The notes under the pieces: model-generated
Database searches by the model: none
What the model was told of the DNA's origin: nothing
Seen by the model: only the letters and a program-made list of their open reading frames with translations
Source of the DNA: Sphyrna mokarran
Taxonomy: Eukaryota
NCBI GenBank assembly: GCA_024679065.1
Contig: JAGIQG010000005.1
Span: 92,256,001 to 92,320,000 of the forward strand
Direction of reading: 5' to 3'
Length of the DNA stretch: 64,000 bases
Shown: positions 26,323 through 38,930 of the stretch, piece after piece
Numbering within the stretch: position 1 is the stretch's first letter
Layout: each line of letters begins with the position of its first letter
Position numbers and translations under genes: made by a program

Positions 26323-27333
26323 ATCATAGAATCCCTGCAGGGCAGAAGGAGGCCATTTGACCCATCGAGCCTGCACTGACAACAATCCCACCTAAGCCCT
26401 AACCCAGCATCCAGAACCCCAATTACCCTAATTTACCCTAATACTGAGGGGCAAATTAACATAGCTAATTCACCTGACCTGCACATCTTTGGAGTGTGGG
26501 AGGAAACTGGAGCACCCAGAGGAAACTCACACAGACATGGAAAGACATAGAACATAGAACACTACAGCACAAACAGGCCCTTTGGACCACAAGTTGCGCT
26601 GATCATACCCATACTTACTAGGCCATAAAACTATCTGTAACTCCCAATCCCATTAAATCCCATCCAGAAGTCTCTTAAAAGATCCCAGCGAGTTCGCGTC
26701 TACCACCACTTACGGCAGCCGATTCCACTCACTCACCAGGCTCTGAGTGAAAAGCTTACCCCTGACATCTCCTCTGTACCTACTCCCCAGCACCTTAAAC
26801 CTGTGTCCTCTCGTAGCGACCATTTCAGCCCTGGGAAATAGCCTCCAAGAATCCACCCTATCTGTACCTCTCAACATTTTATAAACCTCTATCAGGTCAC
26901 CTCTCAATCTTCGTCTCTCTAGGGAGAAGACACCTATCTTCATAAGGCATGCCTCCCAATCTAGGCAACATCCTTGTAAATCTCCTCTGCACATCCTTCC
27001 TGTAGTGAGGCAACTAGAACTGCACACAGTACTCCAAGTGGGGTCTGACAAGGGTGTTACAAAGTTGCAGCATTATCTCCCGACTCCTAAACTCAATCCC
27101 TCGATTAATGAAGGCTAGCACACCATAAGCTTTCTTGACCACATCCTCCACCTGCAAGGCTGATTTAAGAGTCCCCAGGGTCCTTCTGCTCCTCAACACT
27201 GCTAAGAGTCCTACCTTTGATATTGTACTCCTTCATCCCCGTGCAAATTCCACAGTCAGCCAAGGCTGGAATCGAGCCTGGGTCTCTGGCACTATGAGGC
27301 AGCGGTGCTAACCACTGTGCCACCATGCTGCTC
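26323..27333 (-). mobile_element. HE1-like SINE split by a CR1 (26323-26544 and 27241-27333)
   Basis: SINE sequence CACAGACATGGAAAG resumes as GTGCAAATTCCACAG after the CR1. Confidence 0.85.
26545..27240 (-). mobile_element. CR1 LINE 3' fragment nested in SINE
   Basis: LVRPHLEYCVQF; RGDLIEVYKMLRG..TRGHRFKV; CATAGAACATAGAA tail; same subfamily as 39590. Confidence 0.92.
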
Positions 27334-28335
27334 TTTAATATTTTTAGCTTTCTGACACTAACAGCTTCAGCCTTTAGTTCATGCTAGTGTGGTTACCTCT
27401 TTGATTGGTGCCATTATTATTCACAATTTAATCTCTTTAGCACTACTTAGAAAATCATTGATTTCAGTAAACGTTCGACCTAGGCTGCTGACAAGTTGCT
27501 TCCTGCATCTGGTGACTGAACATTAGTCATGGTTTAACCTGTACTATCAGATTAAACCCTAAGAGTGCAATTTTGGCTTCATGGATTCTAACTGAAAGAA
27601 CAGTTTAGCTCCTAAGAAATAATGAATGTTCTACTAATAGAAATAAGTTATGCCATGACTGACAGACCCTTCAGTAGAATAAGAACGTGGAAGTAAGTAA
27701 ATTAACAGCAGCTTACAATGAGGAAGATAACATTGATGACATCGAGGGAAAACTGTGTAAATTACATCTATTGGCTATATCAGCAAGATATGTAAGCAAG
27801 AAATTCAACCACACTCTTGTGAGGAGTGCACATCCTAGCGCTGCCAGTGAGATTTGCAAGATTGTGAATGCATGATAACTCAAAGTCACACACCCCAGCT
27901 GACTAATGCAACATTGGAATACCAATTGTAGACCACACAGGCCCTGACAATAACTCAGCAAACGTCAACCATTCAGTTGTACAATGGACCCTGCATTAGC
28001 ATTCCTATAAAGGGACAGGCATCCAATTTGTTGAGTAAGTAATTTTAACGAAATTCGACAAATGCAAAATATCTGAAAGTACTCTGGGATATTCTTGGAG
28101 GTGTTATGGTGAGTTCCTGGGTTTACCAGAGAGAGTTGCTGTGTCTGCACAGAGGAAGTGGGTGACCTGTCCACACACAAGGGAGATAGAACATTGGCTG
28201 CAGAGAGGGCAAATTCTGCACGGTAATCTTCGCCAAGTTGGAGTTAAACTCCTCTATACTGATTGACTTGCCAACCAATGCAACTAGAATCACTGAATCC
28301 ATCCTCATAAGCGTCCCAAAATCTAACCCATCAAA

Positions 28336-28664
28336 GGTGGCACATTGGTTAGCACTGCTGCCTCACAGCGCCAGGGACCCAGGATCCATTCCAGCCTTGG
28401 GGACTGTCTGTGCAAAGTCTGCACATTCTCTCTGCATGAGTTTCCACCGAGTGCTCTGGTTTCCTCCCATCATCCAAAGATGTGCAAGTTAGATGGATTG
28501 ACCTTAATAAATTTCCCCATAGTGTCCCTGAATGTGTGGGTTAGGGGGAATTAGCGGAGTAACTACATGGGGTTGTAGAGGTGGAGTCTGGGTAGGATGT
28601 TCTTTCATAGAGTAAGTGCAGATGAGATGGGCTGAATGACCTCCTTCTGCACTGTAGCAATTCT
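28336..28664 (+). mobile_element. HE1-like SINE
   Basis: Head TGGTTAGCACTGCTGCCTCACAGCGCCAGGGACCC, core and tail present. Confidence 0.88.
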
Positions 28665-28894
28665 AAGGTCCTCAGCTGATTTGTCTGCAATAATACTTAT
28701 CTGTGATCCCATCTAACCTCCAGTCAGATTGAAAATGAACTATCTTGTACCCCTGGCTTAAGTCCCCTGATGAATTACTGCTCCCAACTCTAAACTGGCC
28801 TTTATAATATATGTAATGCTAATATATGAGCTGGTAGCTATGAGGGATCAATTGACGGGGCTTCTTTATTAGTGCAGCTGATCTATCCTAACAA

Positions 28895-29221
28895 GGTGGC
28901 ACGGTGGCACAGTAGTTAGCACTGCTGCCTCAAGCACCAGGGACCCGGGTTCAATTCCGGCCTCGGGTCACCGTCTGCGTGGAGTTTGCACATTCCCCTC
29001 TGTCTGTGTGTGTTTATATTCCAGGTGCTCTGGTTTCCTCCCCCTGCCCAAAGATGTGCAGGTTAGGTGGATTGACCATGCTGAATTGCCCCTTAGTGTC
29101 AGGGATTAGCAGGGTAAATGTGCGGGGTTCTGGGAATAGGGCCTGGGTGGGATTGTGATCAGTGCTGACCTGATGGGCCAAATGGCCTCCTTCTGCACTA
29201 TACAGATTCTATGATTCTATG
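28895..29221 (+). mobile_element. HE1-like SINE, well preserved
   Basis: GGCACGGTGGCACAG head, GGGTTCAATTCC B-box, ATTCTATGATTCTATG tail. Confidence 0.92.
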
Positions 29222-29278
29222 AAGGAAAAGCTCTATTAAAAACCCTAAGGATGGACAGAAGGCAGGCAATGCAGGAAG

Positions 29279-30600
29279 ATGGCCACGAGAAAGACAGTCC
29301 CTTGTTTCTCAGATGCTGATCTGAGCAGATTACTGGAGGCTATGGAGGCAAGGCGGGACACCCTCTTCTCCCAGCAGGATGCCATCCTGGAGGAAAAGAG
29401 AGAAATGCAGTCTGGGATGACAACAAGCCAGGGTGTGACCAGGAGAACCGTGAAGCAGTGCTGCAAGAAACTAAATGATCTCATCTGGGCAGCAAGGGTT
29501 AGTGTTTTACCTCATTTGGTGAGGTAAATTCCCCCTAAATAACCATCATATTTCCCCACCCCCAGAACCCTGCATGTTTTCAGCACATGACCCACAGCAC
29601 CTCCCTTCTCCACCCAAGGATGTCACAAATCTTGCCCTCTAAGGGCCACCCCCTGATATCCTGTAGATGCCATCAGATTTTACACGGCTCCTTCTGTTCT
29701 CACAGGAGCAGAATATCCATAATCGCGAGGAGAGATGTGCCTGAGATCGGGTTCCTCATCCCCATTTGAGGAGTGGGCACTGGAGATTGCGGGAGAGGAG
29801 GGCATGTAGACCATTGGTGCCAGCTTTGTCGGGCTGGAGCCTAGAAGCGAGCACCTGACAATCCTCCACTTGCTGAAGAAATTTCAAATAATTTGCATGC
29901 AGCCCAGATTTTTCTCCCTCCCTTGCATTTAACTTTGTGCCCTCTTACAGGAAGGGATCCCGACACGTTTGGACCATTTAGCATCACAGCCCCCACTGCT
30001 GCTGCCACCCATCCTGCCCCTGACAGCTCAAAAGTCTCCTCAGAGGAAGCAGATGATTGGACCTCTGAGACCGGCACCAGTTTTACGTCAGCTTCCCCCT
30101 CACAACTTACCATTCCAGAGATGCTCACATCAGTGAGTCAGGTTAGTGCTGAGGCATCTGGGTCACTCTCTGGTGAGCACAACTAATCAGCTGAGGTACA
30201 TTGAGTGGAGGAGGGAAGGAGGCCTCGGGCACACAGGGACTTTCCCAAGGTGATGACTCAGGTGGCATCAGGCTACATGCTTGTCCTTGGAGATCATTTC
30301 TCCCTCACTGTTGGAGATGCAGCAACCGTGCCGGGGAATGCAGGAGCATCTGACAGCCACACTAGACCAACTGCAAGGAACTGCAAAGCTTTCTGGTGGA
30401 TCAGCTATCGTCTGTCATCAGGAGTAGAGTGTGGAGGCTGACTAGCCGGGCTTTGCTGAGGAGAAGCAGGAGGAGGAGGAATAAGAAGAGGAGGAGAACA
30501 ACAATGATAAGCAACCCCACCCAGATGCTGGAGGGCTGACAGCAGCAAGGATCCGGCATGCAAGGGGGCAAGGGAGGCCTTAATCACCAAGTGCTTTGGT
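29279..30600 (+). pseudogene. Harbinger Myb/SANT-like gene remnant (three exons) fused by deletion to a transposase acidic tail
   Basis: Exon 1 29279-29497: MATRKTVPCFSDADLSRLLEAMEARRDTLF..QCCKKLNDLIWAAR, donor GTTAGT. Acceptors at 29705 and 29950. GAG-rich tail ending AREALI-like at ~30570-30598. Confidence 0.75.
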
Positions 30601-31531
30601 TATTAGGACTTTGCATTTCATTCCAACCCCAACCACCCCCGTCACATGGGGTCTTATAATCTCCTGCCACATTCTAAACATCAGAGTGGTGAGTCTGTGT
30701 TACTGTATTAGTGAGTTTGGTGGCAGGCAGGAGATGTTGACGATACACTATGCGCCATTATGATGATGCACTGGAGCAAACTAATCTGACTCCTTCCTGA
30801 GCTCCGCACGCACGCTAACATCCGGGCCTACATCTGGGTGTGAGTAAGGGAACACCAAATCCCCATGTGGCATCCAAGGATGGTGGATTGGGGGAAATGG
30901 GAACCTCTCATGTGTTCTGGGAATGCCATGACATATGCTATAAGTTGCTGCCATTGCACGTCACCTGCTGTAGCCAGTGAATTATTTGAGCCTTGATTTT
31001 GTTAGGAGCAGTATGTCGAGGGGCCGCCCCCACTGACATCAATGTGCAGGGTCCCTCCAGCAGTCTTTGGGGTAAGTACATCCTTGTTAGAGACTAATTT
31101 GAGATAAATTAGTCACAAGTTAAGTGTGGGATGAAATAACATTTATTGTTGCCAACAATAGTGCTTTCAAAATGAGACTCTAAAGTGCCAAAATATTCTA
31201 CCTACCTAGTATTGCACTTCACCGTGCCATCTGCAACTTCTAAACCTTATGTGGCCTACCACTACATCTCAGTATCTCCTCAGGATGTACAGTGGAGTTG
31301 GAGGTGGCCAGCTGCCTATAGCACCCCGTGGCCTGTGATGCCTTCGGCCATCATCAACAAACATTTTTATCTCTCATGAAGCAGCTGGAAATGATTCAGT
31401 CTAGGACACCATCTGGATGGACTACTGCAACAATATCCCACAGCTGACATGATTGGCCTCATATAACCACAAGATCTTTCTTTCTGCTAGGTGTGACTCA
31501 TGATTCCCATTGACTTCAAATTTACCACATA

Positions 31532-32666
31532 GGGTCCAATTTTACCATTTGGTGGCTAAGGGCCATATCCAGGTATAATACAGATCCGAGCCTGGAATCC
31601 TCTTTGCAGCGCGTACATACGCTTTTTGCCAGCTCCGGTCTGATCCGTGCTGTGGGCGGGGATCAGTGCTACTGGAGCGATCACAGGTCTGAACTGCGCA
31701 TGTGCAGTTAAAAAAAATTGAAGAAGTGCGCCTGGATCAGGAAATTTATAAAAAAGCAGAGAGAGCTGACACAGATCATCCTCTGGGTGGTGTGGGGGGG
31801 AGAGGGCTGATTGTTGTCTGGTGGTGGGGGTGAGGTCAATCGCTCACTGCTGGAGGGGGGAGTAGCAGCAGATGAATCTCTGGTGGTGATCTCTAGTCGG
31901 AGGTGATTTATACAGCAACACTGCTCATAGCAGTATTTCCAGCAATTGAACGATTGTCTGCTGTTGACATAATCCATTAAATGCTCTGAGTACCTTTTTA
32001 ACACAATAAATACATTCAATCAGTCCATTATTTGTTCGCACCTCCTGATAGCAACACGTCCACTCAGGGAGGATGGACTCATTCCTCGGTGGAGAGGAGG
32101 AGGTCGCCTGCAGAGTGGCAGCGGACACCCCTGCCCCCCACCACCAGAGATCCATCCGCCCTCCCCTCCATCAGTGAGTGATCAGGCCTCTCACTGCCAC
32201 CAGACAACGATCACCCTCTCTCCCCTCCCTCTCCTCCCTCCCCCCAAAGGACATGCTGACCAGCCTCCTCCTGCCCCCCACCTCCCCAGCGGATGATTTG
32301 GGTCAGAGAGCCATTGCAGGCTCTGAATCCACTTCAGAGGTTCCCCTGCAAAATAAAAAACGGCTTCAAATTTTTATTTTGTAGCTCGCTTACACCATAG
32401 ATCCAGAACGGGCCAGAGAAAGGTCAAGTGGGATTTGGTGAGAGAGCTGGGCGCACAGTTCATTAAATTGATTTAAATGCATGCTAATGCATTTAAATGG
32501 TCGGGTCACCCGATTTGGGCAGAGACCAAGTCTGCATCCCAATCTGGTGTCAGTAAAGCCGCTATCTGCTTGGATTCGGGTGCAGATTGCATTAAAGGCC
32601 CGACGCCCGAATTTACTGCAATTTCACACCTGAAAACGGGCACAAGTTTTTGGTAAAATCAGGCCC
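31532..32666. mobile_element. complete non-autonomous Harbinger element (1135 bp)
   Basis: TIRs GGGTCCAATTTTACCA and TGGTAAAATCAGGCCC (13/16 match); 3 bp TSD ATA at 31529-31531 and 32667-32669. Confidence 0.85.
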
Positions 32667-32689
32667 ATAGAGTCAAAGGCCAACTTGAT

Positions 32690-33130
32690 CCCCAGGTAAT
32701 CATCCTTGAATCTGGAATTCATCTCTTTTGTCCATGTTTGGACCAAAACTGTGAGATCTGGAGCTTGTTACTTCTGTCAGAAAGAGGAAATAGCATTTCT
32801 CCAACACCATCTATTATTTTGATTAGAATTAATTTGGTGGAGCTGTTGGATTTGGATAAGTGTCAATGTTTTAACAATGCCTTGGCTATGGGTCTGGCTT
32901 GTTCTAAAGCACAGGTATTCAGCAGCACAGTTGGGATGTTGTTGCAGTTTGTAAGCCTTGCTGTGTCTAGCACACTCAACCATTTCCTGGTGTTTCATGG
33001 AATGAATCAAACTGGCTGAAGACTCACAACTTTGAGAGTGAGGATCTGACGAGGACCTGGCATTTCTGACTGAAGATGGTTGCTAATGCCACAACTGTGA
33101 CTTTTGGATTCATATTCTGGGGGCCAAAAT
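32690..33130 (-). mobile_element. decayed LINE (CR1/L2 group) ORF2 fragment
   Basis: Eroded NIPTVLLNTCALEQARPIAK-like segment resembling the pre-RT region. Confidence 0.45.
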
Positions 33131-33379
33131 GTTTGCAGTTGAAGCATTACAATTCATTTGCATATTTAAACAGAATCTTTCAACTTGTTGGCAGTGATGG
33201 GAGCACACTTAAAGTCTTGCATCTAAATTAAAACAGGTGGGAGAATAATTGTTTAAAGTTCCCATTACACATTTCTTTGCTTAACAATATTTTTCAGGCA
33301 TGACAAGAAAGGGAAACATGGTATGAGGGTTGAATTAATTAGGCCAGGTGCACAATTTTGATTTCCTGATGATGGGACA

Positions 33380-33584
33380 TGTTATGTATTTGTATTCATT
33401 CTTATTGGCTTACTGAGCTTTGCTGTGTTAATATGTTCATGTATTCACCGAAAATGATGACATAAATGTGGGAAACAGGCAGAGAAGAAGCAGCCATGTA
33501 AGAGAACGGACATTTGTAAATAAAGCTCTGTTGTTTTAAACATTCCATGCTCCATAGCATAATTCTCCACAGATACTTATTAAC
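33380..33584 (+). mobile_element. possible solo LTR
   Basis: TGTTA...TAACA termini and an internal AATAAA; no clear TSD. Confidence 0.3.
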
Positions 33585-34027
33585 ACGAAACAGTTTTTAA
33601 TAAAGCCCTATCCTAGGGATAAAGTCAGCGGCACGCAAGACCCTCATGTCACACAATTGTTTAAAGGTAATGTGTACCAGTCGGTTTTATTCAGTTCTGA
33701 GAAAGGTTAGTGGTTTTCCTGGTTTAGTTCTACAGCACAAGAGAGGAGAGCAGGAGAATGAACCCTTGCATGGAGGCTCCAGATTGGCAAGGGGAGTCAG
33801 TGGTGACGGGGAAGGTAGAGTGGGGTTGAGATCATGGAGGAGTGGAAATGAGATTGGGAGGTGATGGGGAGATAGTGACAGTGCTTGGGATCAGGAACTT
33901 GGAGGAGTGAAGTGGATAGGGTTTCCTAGATATGCCAATGGTGGGGGTGCTGCTAATGGGAACAGTCAGTAAGGGAAAGAAAATTATGGACCTAAAGGGC
34001 AATATCAGTATTTCCCTAATTGCCCAA

Positions 34028-34162
34028 TTCTGTTGCAGGGTCATCCAGCCTCCAAAACATTGACTCTATTCTCTCTCTACAGATTCTGACAAACCTGCTG
34101 AGATTTTCCAGCATTTTCTGTTTTTGTTTTAGATTCCAGCATCTGCAGTATTTTGCTTTTAT
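34028..34162 (+). mobile_element. Penelope-type terminal fragment with eroded hammerhead
   Basis: CTGTTGCAGGGTCATCCAGCCTCCAAAAC (decayed CTGATGA..GAAAC), then CCTGCTGAGATTTTCCAGCATTTTCTG..CCAGCATCTGCAGT. Confidence 0.55.
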
Positions 34163-35074
34163 CCTAATGCCCAAATATGTTCACCTCGGAATATTGGCTG
34201 ACAGAGTCAAGGCAGGGCTTGGAGTTCACTTACCACATTTCAATTGTCCCCACTGAGATTGCCCTTGAACAGCATCCTTCACAATGTGTAGAAGGGGGAG
34301 CCAGCTGAGTCTCTAAGTTCAGCTATGTCCCACAGAACCGTGAGTCCAAAACTAGATGTTAACGTGAACATTCAAGAATGAGTGAGCAAAGGAAACAGAA
34401 CATTGTTTCTTTTACAATGAAGGAAATTTCCCTAACTCCCCTGTAATCATCGATGTGTGCTGACCAGGGGGTGTGGCAGCACATTGAGCTCTCTGACTAA
34501 ACTCATCTCAATCAATGACTGTGATGCACGCATGAATAAAGTGAAACCAATGTCATGTGAAATATTGACAGGTAAAATTTAATTTTGAAAATTACCTGTA
34601 CTTCCTTTCTGCTCTCAACTCTTATTTTACTGGCAATGGAGTTGAACAGGAAGTTGGTAGCTGTGATGCAGAATCTCCCTGTTTGACCAGGAGACTATTT
34701 CATAGCCTGCCCAAATCTGATGCATTGTCAGCTGACAGGGGTTTTATCAATGAAAAGCATCCCCTGCCACTGAATCATATGTGTTTTCCTTGCATACCGT
34801 TGACACTTAGTATTTTAATTATACTTAGTGAGAATGGGAAAAAGAAGGCCCTATTCCAGTTGTGACATTGGATTAGCACACTGTTGATAATATCAAGGCC
34901 CTTATTTGCAGAATGATGTCACATTTATATTGCTTAATACAAATTATCTTCTAAATCAAATCTTTAGGCAAAAAGTGACTTCAGATTATAGAAAGATTAG
35001 ATATTAAATAAAAAGAAGTAAAATTCCACTGATTAAAAATAGGTAATAGAGGAGATGGTGAAGAAAAGAAGAGA

Positions 35075-35301
35075 TTTATTTATTGGTATTACATGCAGGC
35101 TTGCATTAACACTGCCATGAACTTACTGTGAAAATCTCCTAGTTGCTACTGTGGCAATAAACCCAGAGCATCTGGAGGAAACCCACGCAAACACGGAGAG
35201 AACATATAGACTCCACACAGGCACTAACCCAAGCCGGGAATTGAACCCAGGTCCCTGGCACTGTGAGGTACAGTGCTAACAACTGTGCTACCGTGCCACC
35301 C
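35075..35301 (-). mobile_element. HE1-headed SINE variant with a different 3' part
   Basis: Reverse SINE head at 35162-35301; 35075-35150 is an unrelated tail ending AATAAATAAA on the minus strand. Confidence 0.7.
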
Positions 35302-35829
35302 TAGAGATTAGAGATAACAAGGTCGAACAGGACAAATAAAACTGAGTGAACTGATGTTTGTTTTCAATTATGAATCTTACTTGGAAAAGGATAATAAATT
35401 ACTCCTCCTTCAACTCATGAAGACAAATGTTTTCTCAGTGCCATAATGTGCGTAAGTTTAACAAATAGAAACTCGAATTTCCTTGTTTAATCAGCAAGCT
35501 ATAGATAGTCTCTTCTGTCAATGGCTGTGCTGATACTAGTGCACCGACTGCCCAGTTACCAGCTTGTACTTACCACATTGATTGTTAGAATAGATTTATC
35601 CCTTCACTTCGTTCTGCCTGGTTTGTATTTCTTTCAAAAGCCCATTACCTCAGACTGATATATTACTTCTTTGGTGGTTGTGGTGGTTTGGGGGGGTGGA
35701 TATGGGGGAGGGGGGTGGGGTCCAAGGTGGCATGCTGCTGAAGTAGCAACTCATGAAGATGTTAGAAAGGAAACAGCAGGACTTGTCTGATTTTAACGTC
35801 TCCCTCCCAAGATTAGCAAGAGTGAATAC

Positions 35830-35946
35830 AATGCCGCTGGGTTGGAAGACACTCCTAAGGAGCGCTAGCCTGGAATTTTATGCTCAAATCCTATAGTTGG
35901 ATTTGACCCCACAACATTTTGACTGAGAGGTGTTACCAAATGAGCC
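35830..35946 (-). mobile_element. ancient tRNA-SINE head, possibly DeuSINE-type
   Basis: Reverse complement GGCTCATTTGGTAACACCTCTCAGTCA..GTTGTGGGGTCAAATCC..TTGAGCATAAAATTCCAGGCT. Confidence 0.45.
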
Positions 35947-36154
35947 AATCACACAGAAGAGGAACAAAGCACGAAGCTTGAGAAAAATAAAACATGAAAA
36001 TGAGGTAAACCTCTGGTCACTCTGCTGCCTCATATCCTATTTCTCTGAGCTCCAGTACTGCATTGCAATCCATTTCCCCCTCCTCCCTCCCTCTCATAAC
36101 CCCCGCCTCCTCTCCCAATGCAAAGTCCAGAAACAATTTTTACTTTTCAATTAG

Positions 36155-36244
36155 GACATGTTTACCTGTAGCTGGACACACTCTTACCTTGGAAGTTGGT
36201 GAAAAGGAAATGGTGCAGACCAGGAATGAAATGACTTTAAATTG
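36155..36244 (+). CDS. candidate coding exon TCLPVAGHTLTLEVGEKEMVQTRNEMTLN
   Basis: TTTTTACTTTTCAATTAG acceptor, TTG/GTAAGT donor, 90 nt, open in phase 2-2. Confidence 0.3.
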
Positions 36245-38640
36245 GTAAGTTAGCTCCCCAAATTTTAAACAATTTTTAGTTTAAAAGTTTGAATTATCCA
36301 AGGCCCCCTCATGCCCCTATACTGTTTGTCAAAGTGGGGGGAGGCCAACAAAGTTTCCCTCCCCCAGAAATTGATACATATCACATGGTAATATTGAATC
36401 AATTTGGCTTCTTCTTTGCAAATGAAGATGAACCTGTATATCTGGGCTTCCAATTGGATAGGTCTTTTCAGCATTTGGTTTTAAACTAACCTCAGTGACA
36501 AGATTATTTGCATGTTTCCCCTGTATAAAAATTCATGCAGATGTACATCCTCTTTGCCATGCACAAGTACAAGCAGAAACTGGTTCCTACCATCTCAGAG
36601 ATTCCTGTTTGGTTTCATTCTGCAGGAGCTTTTGGACACACACAAAATCTTGCTTTTGCTTTCTGTTATTCTTCTCAGTTTGCACTCTTTATGGGGCAGG
36701 AAAAGATTAAGGGATTAAGCTGTTTTCACAGTGTATTTTGCCACGATTTCTCATCTCAAGTCATTCATTGTATTAATTGATATATGTATTGGCAACGTTT
36801 CATTGAAATACTACTGTACATGCAAATCAATGCTTGTTTAATTTAGAATTCATGAAGTTGAAGCCTGTGCCAGAAACGACATTGAGTACAGAGGAGGAAT
36901 AGTCAAGGAATCTTTACTTTGTGAGTGAGGGCTTTGCATGCACATGTGGGAGTGAAATTCCTCTGTTAATGAAAATAGGAGAAAGCCTGTTTGTCTCCAA
37001 TAATGAATGACTCAATAACAAAACAGCCTTCTAAGATATTGTGGATGGAGCTATCCGAGACTCTATGCCAGCCAGGCCCTGCCTGCAGTGTGTGACTTAT
37101 TAGCACATCATGAATGTTCTGCTCAGAAATTCCACCCATTGATATTAATGGATAGAAAACCTCAGCCAGATACACCCTTTCCTGAAAGTTACCTGTTTTG
37201 TTTTTCTTTTCACTTCTTAACTGGAATTCTCCTCTAAAGTTAGGAATTCCTATTTCTGGGAATTCCTCAGCAAGCTTGAAGGTGAGGAGGAGTTCAAAAC
37301 CAAATGAAAAGCTGTTGTAAAGGACAAAGGAAAACAGATAAAGATTACATGTGAAATATGGGCTGGAGAGAGAATGCACAGTTCAAAGAGACACTCAGAA
37401 ATGTTCAAATCTGCAGAAAGCTTTGAAAAATAAAACAAATGAAAAATACTGACCTAAAAAAAGACAAAGGAAATGCATGCAAAAACTGCAAGTAGGTACT
37501 GATTGAGTAAAACATAACTGCAGTAAATTTTCCACTCCCATCTTCAGTCAAAATAAATGGTGATCCATAGCAATACTGGCAGTTTTACCATGTACAATGG
37601 CAAGACTACGAGACTGCAACAGACTTAATTAAAGAACCTGAAAAGATAGATTAGCTACACTTTTAGCACTAAGATGTGGGACTGCTATAGTGTGTATACC
37701 ATTTTAAGTCTAACTGGCCAGCAAAGAAAACAGATAACAGAAATTTTGAATGCACATCTTGAACCTGAGCAAATATGATATATGAATGCTATGTGTTCAA
37801 CCCTGGGGTTCAGGGTGAAAATGTGCACATGACTCCAGTAACACAGCAGAATCATATGAATTGGGTCAGCTAAAAAACATCTGATTAAAGATATTGGATG
37901 AGAGAGACCACCTGGTGAAAGCAGGTCTACTGAAAAATGAGAAACTGGCACTGGAGAAAATGTATTGAAATGTAGACATTGTGAAACATCAGCAAGAGTA
38001 GATGTCTGGCAGAGCAGGAGAGACATTATGCTGAGAGACAGTCCAAGCTGCAAGAGCAGAGCAACCTCAGGTAAAGGGCAGAATGCAAATACTGCAAAGG
38101 ACAGCACACACAGGAAAATAATTTTTTTCCAGCATGCAGAAAACAGTATTTTAACTGCAAAGGGCAAAATCATTTCACACGGAAGTATTTGGTGAGGGAA
38201 AAAAAACCTATACAGATGGCCACTAGAGAATTATCAGCACAGGAGTCTGATAAAGAACTATGCATGATACAACACGTTGGTTCAGTCAAATCGATAAGAG
38301 ATAGATGGTTTGTGACTGTTACAACGGTGACCACAGAGGGAGAGTATCAAATGAACGCTAATGTGTCTTGCTACGTCCTGACCTTCACAGGTCTGTGTGA
38401 AGTGATTCAACATGGAGCACCAAAAATGAAGCCCTCAAAAGTAAGATTGAAACGATATAATGGTATAGTACTTGTACCGAGAGAACAAATGAGTCTGATA
38501 GCCCAATGCAATGGCAAGAAGAAAGCTCTCAAGACCCAGATCGTAGATGGGGTACCTGGCCGCTCATCTTATCTGGAGCAAGTCTAAAGCTTAGGCTGCC
38601 AAAAGTGAAAGGACAACAAAAGATCCCAAAGAATGGACAT

Positions 38641-38930
38641 GACTTGTCTGGGCTTGCAAAATCTCACTTACTGTCCTGTCTGGAAACAATACACATCTCT
38701 TTAACCTATGATTAATGCTATCTCCAATCACATTGTCTATACCTTTAAGATTGAATAGCAGGTTAGCTGTAACAACTTGCATTCTTATCAGTATTCTGTA
38801 AACTTCACATCCTCGTTTGTGATCAGAACTCTCCACTCACCTGATGAAGGGTCAGAGGCCTGAAAGCTAACGGCTTTTGTCACCAAATACACCTACTGGA
38901 CTTTAACCTGGTGTTGTGAGACTTCTTACT
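38641..38930 (+). mobile_element. Penelope-like pLTR fragment nested in the Gypsy remnant
   Basis: Collinear with 5730-5930 (ACCTTTAAGA..CCACTCACCTGA..GACTTTAACCTGGTGTTGTGAGAC). Confidence 0.85.
38833..38873 (+). ncRNA. minimal hammerhead ribozyme motif
   Basis: CAC-CTGATGA-A-GGGTC/AGA/GGCCT-GAAA-GC-TA. Core intact; helix I partner altered (ACGG). Confidence 0.7.

Noticed and set aside
28895-28965. tRNA genes at SINE heads
   Set aside because: A/B boxes run directly into SINE body and tail; no complete cloverleaf.
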